This document shows, one piece after another, positions 59,030 through 64,000 of a stretch of DNA of 64,000 bases. Origin of the DNA: Candidatus Latescibacterota bacterium (GTDB lineage Bacteria > Latescibacterota > UBA2968 > GCA-2709665); assembly GCA_965248435.1 (NCBI GenBank), contig OZ252100.1, positions 3,840,001-3,904,000 of the forward strand, in the 5' to 3' direction. The position numbers and the translations under genes are program-made. How positions within the stretch are numbered: the stretch's first letter is position 1; the number at the start of each line of letters is the position of its first letter. The notes beneath the pieces are model-generated. The model was given only the letters and a program-made list of their open reading frames with translations. It did no database searches and had not been told where the DNA came from.

Positions 59030-59162
59030 GGGTTCGCCAGCAGGAGCTGGCCACGAAAATGTTATGCCAACACCGTGAATCATTTTGTCGCCAACGGGAG
59101 TTGGCTCCTACCGGATAAAATTTCCAAATTCATTCGGTAGGAGCCGTCTCCTGACGGCGAAC
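59030..59162. repeat. GTAG-type REP-like inverted pair
   Basis: tcgccaacgggagttggctcctaccg ... cggtaggagccgtctcctgacggcga. Confidence 0.6.
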
Positions 59163-59321
59163 CATTCGATCACGGTGTGTTGTCTCTGACAACCGTACCC
59201 GCCGCCTCCCGGCGGCGAACATTTACTCAATGTCGAAGGGCCAAGATTTCGTTCGAACCAAGATCCCCGGTACCCGAAATCGGGTCACAGATCAGTTGAT
59301 TTGGTGTAAGGAGGGTAATCC

Positions 59322-60845
59322 ATGAGGGTTCAGGTTCCAGGCTCAGAAAACGTCGTGAACATCGGCACGCGCAAGCAGCTGTTCGTGGATGACCACATCA
59401 TCGAGACGACGCGGTGGATATCGCCTCGCTCGTGTGAAACTGCCCGATGGCTGCAGCCCCCTGCACGCCCACGCGCTGACCTGGATGGATGGAGCGAAGG
59501 GGTCGATCGGATCGAGGACGACATTCCAGGGCACCTGCTGAGGGCGACGGCGTTCGTGACCCGGATCATCAATCAGCCAGAGCGCTACGAGGGCAATCCG
59601 ATCATGGGGAAGGAACGGCCCTGGGAGGGGGAGTCCGGCCCGTGGCCGACCGGGATCACGTACGATGAGGAGGACGAGATCTGGAAGATGTGGTACCTGA
59701 GCCTGACTCACGAAGACGAGGGCCGGAGGCACGTCTACAACTGTTTGTATGCGACTTCAGAGGATGGCATCACCTGGGACCGACCTGAGTTGGGCATGGT
59801 GAAGGACAGCGCGGGCAACGACACGAACATCGTTCACGAGGGCAAGATCCAGTTCGCCTTCAAGGACCCGAGGGCCGGAGATCCTTCGAGGCGATACAAG
59901 ATGGGTGTCTCGAAGGCCTCCAAAGAGGGACTGCAGCACCCGATGGTCTACTACTCGCCGGACGGCCTCCACTGGACGCCCGACCCGGGGCCGTTCAGCC
60001 ACAACCGCGGAGATGAAACCCTGTCTGTGATGTACGACCCGCAGAGCAAGAAGTACCTGGGCTTTTGTCGTAACCGGTATCCCAAACCGACCCTTCGTCA
60101 CCGGACGGAGCGATCGCTCCTGAGGATCCAGAGCAACGACCTGGTCCACTGGTCGATGTCGGAGCCGATCATGGACAAGGATTCGCTGGACCCGTTCGAC
60201 ACAGACTTCTACGGCATGAGAGGGACATTCTACGAGAGCGTGTACCTCGGTTTCGTGAATGTTCATCATACTGCGAAGGACGATTTCGACATCTGGTTCG
60301 CCTACAGCAGAGACAGCTTTCACTGGGAGCGGATTCGGACAGGACCTTTCTTGCCCCTGGGCCCTGAAGGGAGCTGGGACCAGGGCCAGGTTTCGGCGGT
60401 GCAAGAGCCGATTCGGCTGAACAACGAGCTCTGGTTCTACTACACGGGCGTGGACGGATATCACGATGCGCGGGGCAGGGCAGCCGCTCTGGGCCTGGCG
60501 AAGCTGCGCGTGGACGGCTTCGTGTCGATCGACGCGTTCGAGAACACGCACCGGGGGAAGAATTACCCCCCGACGCTCCTCACAAAGCCGCTCTACTCGC
60601 CGGGCAACAGGCTGGAGGTAAACGTGGATGCCTCCAAGGGGTTCATCGAGGCCGAGCTGTTGAACGTGGACGGGTATCCGATAGAGGGTTATTCGAATGA
60701 CGACTGCGACACGTTCAAGGGAGACAGCCTGGCGCACACGTTCACCTGGAAAGGGAGGTCGGATATCGGAGATCAGGTTCCGGTAAGGATTCGGTTTACG
60801 ATGAATAACGCGAAGCTTTATGCGTTGCAGATTCCTGAGGCGTAG
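59322..60845 (+). CDS. Beta-propeller glycoside hydrolase-like protein (GH32/43/130 fold), copy A
   Basis: KQLFVDD, WKMWY, YATSEDGITW, SPDGLHW, SRDSFHW (Asp-box-like); AAGGAGG RBS. Confidence 0.75.
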   Translation: MRVQVPGSENVVNIGTRKQLFVDDHIIETTRWISPRSCETARWLQPPARPRADLDGWSEGVDRIEDDIPGHLLRATAFVTRIINQPERYEGNPIMGKERPWEGESGPWPTGITYDEEDEIWKMWYLSLTHEDEGRRHVYNCLYATSEDGITWDRPELGMVKDSAGNDTNIVHEGKIQFAFKDPRAGDPSRRYKMGVSKASKEGLQHPMVYYSPDGLHWTPDPGPFSHNRGDETLSVMYDPQSKKYLGFCRNRYPKPTLRHRTERSLLRIQSNDLVHWSMSEPIMDKDSLDPFDTDFYGMRGTFYESVYLGFVNVHHTAKDDFDIWFAYSRDSFHWERIRTGPFLPLGPEGSWDQGQVSAVQEPIRLNNELWFYYTGVDGYHDARGRAAALGLAKLRVDGFVSIDAFENTHRGKNYPPTLLTKPLYSPGNRLEVNVDASKGFIEAELLNVDGYPIEGYSNDDCDTFKGDSLAHTFTWKGRSDIGDQVPVRIRFTMNNAKLYALQIPEA

Positions 60846-61267
60846 AGAATGGTCACTCAATTGCGGATTGCGGAATGGGGATTGCGGATTGAAAATGGCT
60901 GGATCACGAAAGGGCACGAAAGTCCACGAAGGAAAGTGAGAATTAAGAGTTCTAGGTCATTGAATCACTACTCCGTATTTGTCATTCCGAAGCGTCAGCG
61001 AGGAATCTCAACAGGCAACGGAACAGCCGTTACTTCGGGACGGGATTCGGTGAGTCCATCACTCTTGAGATCCCTCGTCACACGGCTGCTCAGAGGGTTA
61101 AGAAAGCATCTTAAGGACGCGAAGTGGCTCCTCGGGATAGACAAATCGGGTACGTTGCTTGTGTATATGTTAATGCGTGATGAATCACCAATCCGCAATC
61201 CGAAATCCCAAATCCGCAATTGGATAGCGGATCACTCTGTTTTTTCACTTATAAGGAGTAACGAGTC
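60842..61267. repeat. About 420-bp palindromic spacer, duplicated at 62770-63196
   Basis: Outer inverted heptamer arrays caattgcggattgcgg../..ccgcaatccg..ccgcaattg enclose a GTCATTCCG..GAGGAATCTC / GATCCCTC..CGGGATGAC REP/MITE-like element. Confidence 0.85.
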
Positions 61268-62773
61268 ATGAACTTACAGATTCCAGGTTCAGATCTCATC
61301 GTGAACATCGGGACGCGGAAGCAGCTGTTCTTCGACGATTACATCCTTGAAACGACGCGGTGGATCTGTCCGCGGCATTCCGAAACCGGTCGGTTTCTCC
61401 AGCCGCCCGGTCGCAGCACCCGAACCGATCTGGATGGATGGAGCGAAGGGGTGGACCGGATCGAGGGAGACGTGCCGGGACACCTGCTGAGAGCGACGGC
61501 GTTCGTGACCCGGACGGTAAACCAGCCCGAGCGGTATGAAGGCAATCCGATCATGGTGAAGACCGAAACGTGGGAGAAAGACGCCCCGCATCCGTGCAAG
61601 ATCATGTACGACGAGGAGGACGGGATCTGGAAGATGTGGTACCTGGGCCTGAAGGACCACATCACACATCAATATTTTCTGATGTATGCCACATCGAAAG
61701 ACGGGTTCGAATGGGAGAAACCGGACCTGGGGCTGGTGAAGGATGACGCGGGGAACGACACGAACATGATCATCGACGGAAAGTTCACGACCATTTACAA
61801 GGATCTTGAAGCCGACCCTTCCAGGCGCTACAAGATGGGGGGCTCGAGGCGGACGGATGGCGTGCAGCATCCGACGCTTTACCATTCGCCCGACGGTTTT
61901 CACTGGACGCCGGACCCCGGGCCTTTCAGCGACACTCGCGGAGATGAAAACTTCGGATTTATCCACGACCCGGAGAGCAAGAAGTTCATCGCGTTCTGTC
62001 GAAATGTCTATCCCAAACCGATGCTGGTTCACAGGACGGAGCGAAGGGTCTACCGGATGCAGAGCAACGATCTGCTGCACTGGACGATGTCAGAGCCCGT
62101 TATCCAGAAGGACGAACTGGATCCGCCCGACACCGACTTCTACGGCCTGGGATGCATGTTCTACGAGAGCATTTACGTTGGATTCGTGTCGGTCCACCAG
62201 ACCGCGATAGACGACTTTAAGACCTGGCTGGCCTTCAGCAGAGACAGTTTCAACTGGCATCGAATCAGGAGTCGACCGTTCCTTCCACTGGGACCCGAAG
62301 GCGGCTGGGAGTGGGGCATGGTTGGGTGTGGGCCCCCGCACCGGGTGGGAGATGAACTCAGGTTCTACTATTCGGGCAGGGACGGGCTGCACGACCAGCA
62401 GGGCAAGAATACCGGGATCGGGATTGCCAATCTGCGTCTGGACGGGTTCGTGTCGATGGATACGTTCGAGAACAAACATCGAACGAAGAACTACCCGCCG
62501 ATGCTGATGACCAAGCCGCTCTACTCCCCGGGGAATCGACTCGTCGTGAACGCCGATGCGACAGACGGATTCATCGACGCCGAGTTGTTGGACGTGGACG
62601 GGTATCCGATTGAGGGTTACTCGAGCGAGGACTGCGATACGTTCGAGGGAGATAGCCTGGCGCACACGTTTACCTGGAAAGGGAACCCGGATATCGGAGG
62701 GCGCCTTCCTGCCAGAGTTCGATTCACCCTGAATAACACGAAATTGTATGCTTTACAGATTCCTAAGGCGTAG
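61268..62773 (+). CDS. Beta-propeller glycoside hydrolase-like protein, copy B
   Basis: Full-length paralogue of copy A. Confidence 0.78.
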   Translation: MNLQIPGSDLIVNIGTRKQLFFDDYILETTRWICPRHSETGRFLQPPGRSTRTDLDGWSEGVDRIEGDVPGHLLRATAFVTRTVNQPERYEGNPIMVKTETWEKDAPHPCKIMYDEEDGIWKMWYLGLKDHITHQYFLMYATSKDGFEWEKPDLGLVKDDAGNDTNMIIDGKFTTIYKDLEADPSRRYKMGGSRRTDGVQHPTLYHSPDGFHWTPDPGPFSDTRGDENFGFIHDPESKKFIAFCRNVYPKPMLVHRTERRVYRMQSNDLLHWTMSEPVIQKDELDPPDTDFYGLGCMFYESIYVGFVSVHQTAIDDFKTWLAFSRDSFNWHRIRSRPFLPLGPEGGWEWGMVGCGPPHRVGDELRFYYSGRDGLHDQQGKNTGIGIANLRLDGFVSMDTFENKHRTKNYPPMLMTKPLYSPGNRLVVNADATDGFIDAELLDVDGYPIEGYSSEDCDTFEGDSLAHTFTWKGNPDIGGRLPARVRFTLNNTKLYALQIPKA

Positions 62774-63196
62774 AGAATGGTCACTCAATTGCGGATTGCG
62801 GAATGGGGATTGCGGATTGAAAAGGCTGGATCACGAAAGGGCACGAAAACCCGCGAAGGAAAGTGAGAAATAAGAGTTCTAGGTCATTGAATCACTCCTG
62901 CCGCCCCCTATTTGTCATTCCGAAGCGTCAGCGAGGAATCTCAACAGGCAACGGAACAGCCGTTACTTCGAGACAGGATTTAGTGAGTCCATCACTCTTG
63001 GGATCCCTCGTCGCCCGGCTGCTCAGAGGGTTAAGAAAGCATCTCAAGGACGTGAAGTGGCTCCTCGGGATGACAAATCGGGCACGTTGCTTGTGTATAT
63101 GTTAATGCGTGGTGAATCGCCAATCCGCAATCCGAAATCCCAAATCCGCAATTGGATAGCGGGTCACTCTGTTTCAGTTATAAGGAGTAACGAGCC

Positions 63197-64000
63197 ATGA
63201 ACTTACAGATCCCAGGTTCAGATCTCATCGTGAACGTCGGCACGCGCAAGCAGATGTTCTTCGACGACTATATCTTGGAAACCACGCGGTGGATTTGTCC
63301 GCGGCACTCCGAAACCGGTCGGTTTCTCCAGCCGCCCGGACGCAGCACCCGTACAGATCTGGACGGATGGAGCGAAGGGGTGGACCGGATCGAGGAAGAC
63401 GTGCCAGGCCACCTTCTCAGGGCGACGGCGTTCGTGACCCGGACCGTGAATCAACCGGATCGGTACGAGGGCAACCCGATCATGGTGAAGACCGAACCGT
63501 GGGAGAAGGACGCGCCGCATCCGTGCAAGATCATGTACGATGAGGAGGACGGGATCTGGAAGATGTGGTATCTCGGCGTGAGTGCTGTCAGCACGAAGGA
63601 GTATTATGACTGGTACTTCCTGATGTATGCCACGTCGAAAGACGGATTCGAATGGGAGAAGCCGAAGCTGGGGCTGGTGAAAGACGACGATGGGAATGAC
63701 ACGAACATGATCATAAACGGCAAATTTACGACCATCTACAAGGACCCGGAAGCCGATCCGTCCAGACGCTACAAGATGGGAGGCTCGAGAAAAACAGAAG
63801 GTGTGCAGCATCCCACGCTCTACTATTCGCCCGACGGCTTCCACTGGACGCCGGACCCGGGGCCTTTCAGTGAGACTCGCGGCGATGAAAACTTCGGGTT
63901 TATCCACGATCCGGAGAGCAAGAAGTTTATCGCGGTCTGTAGGAATATCTATCCGAAGCCGATGCTGGTTCCCAGGATAGAGCGAAGGACCTACCGGATG
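63197..64000 (+). CDS. Beta-propeller glycoside hydrolase-like protein, copy C (runs off the window)
   Basis: AAGGAG RBS, ATG 63197, MNLQIPGSDLIVNVGTRKQMFFDD; aligns in frame with copy B to the window end. Confidence 0.8.
   Translation, partial: MNLQIPGSDLIVNVGTRKQMFFDDYILETTRWICPRHSETGRFLQPPGRSTRTDLDGWSEGVDRIEEDVPGHLLRATAFVTRTVNQPDRYEGNPIMVKTEPWEKDAPHPCKIMYDEEDGIWKMWYLGVSAVSTKEYYDWYFLMYATSKDGFEWEKPKLGLVKDDDGNDTNMIINGKFTTIYKDPEADPSRRYKMGGSRKTEGVQHPTLYYSPDGFHWTPDPGPFSETRGDENFGFIHDPESKKFIAVCRNIYPKPMLVPRIERRTYRM

Noticed and set aside
58136-59054. Repetitive ORFs on both strands, or a CRISPR array
   Set aside because: These are read-throughs of a stop-free 22-bp tandem repeat; there are no unique spacers and no cas genes.
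1-64000. Window as a circular element because the same gene family is cut at both ends
   Set aside because: The ends do not overlap, the 5' fragment is closer to copy A than to copy B, and no replication or transfer genes are present; this cannot be supported from the window.

Overview
GC-rich bacterial DNA; the gene content (TonB receptor + secreted protein + PorV-like trio, tandem glycoside-hydrolase-like paralogues) suggests an FCB-group organism such as Latescibacterota (inference). Layout: (1) 1-8448, the end of a beta-propeller hydrolase and three tandem mosaic beta-helix (GH28-like) paralogues; (2) 8648-9682, a DUF1016-N/thermonuclease fusion; (3) 9862-~33100, an integron-like array. 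It starts with a tyrosine recombinase lacking the IntI-specific insertion, in an operon with an IS91-type HUH/Y2 transposase. These are followed by 19 co-oriented cassettes (Shedu-like, HEPN, protease, FabI, methyltransferases, NUDIX, HIT, a TA pair, etc.) separated by 20 non-canonical, branched attC-like hairpins. Every cassette, and the recombinase-transposase module itself, is bounded by 13-25 bp inverted repeats starting GTT/ending AAC with an invariant A/C mismatch at position 11. An IS110 element sits in one core, and its apparent bridge-RNA guides match that core. (4) 32-50 kb, a patchwork of catabolic genes and gene remnants; (5) 51-58 kb, a TonB receptor locus; (6) a 31 x 22-bp minisatellite and three more beta-propeller paralogues with duplicated palindromic spacers. 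No canonical IntI, rRNA, tRNA or CRISPR array was seen. All calls come from reading the sequence; no searches were run.
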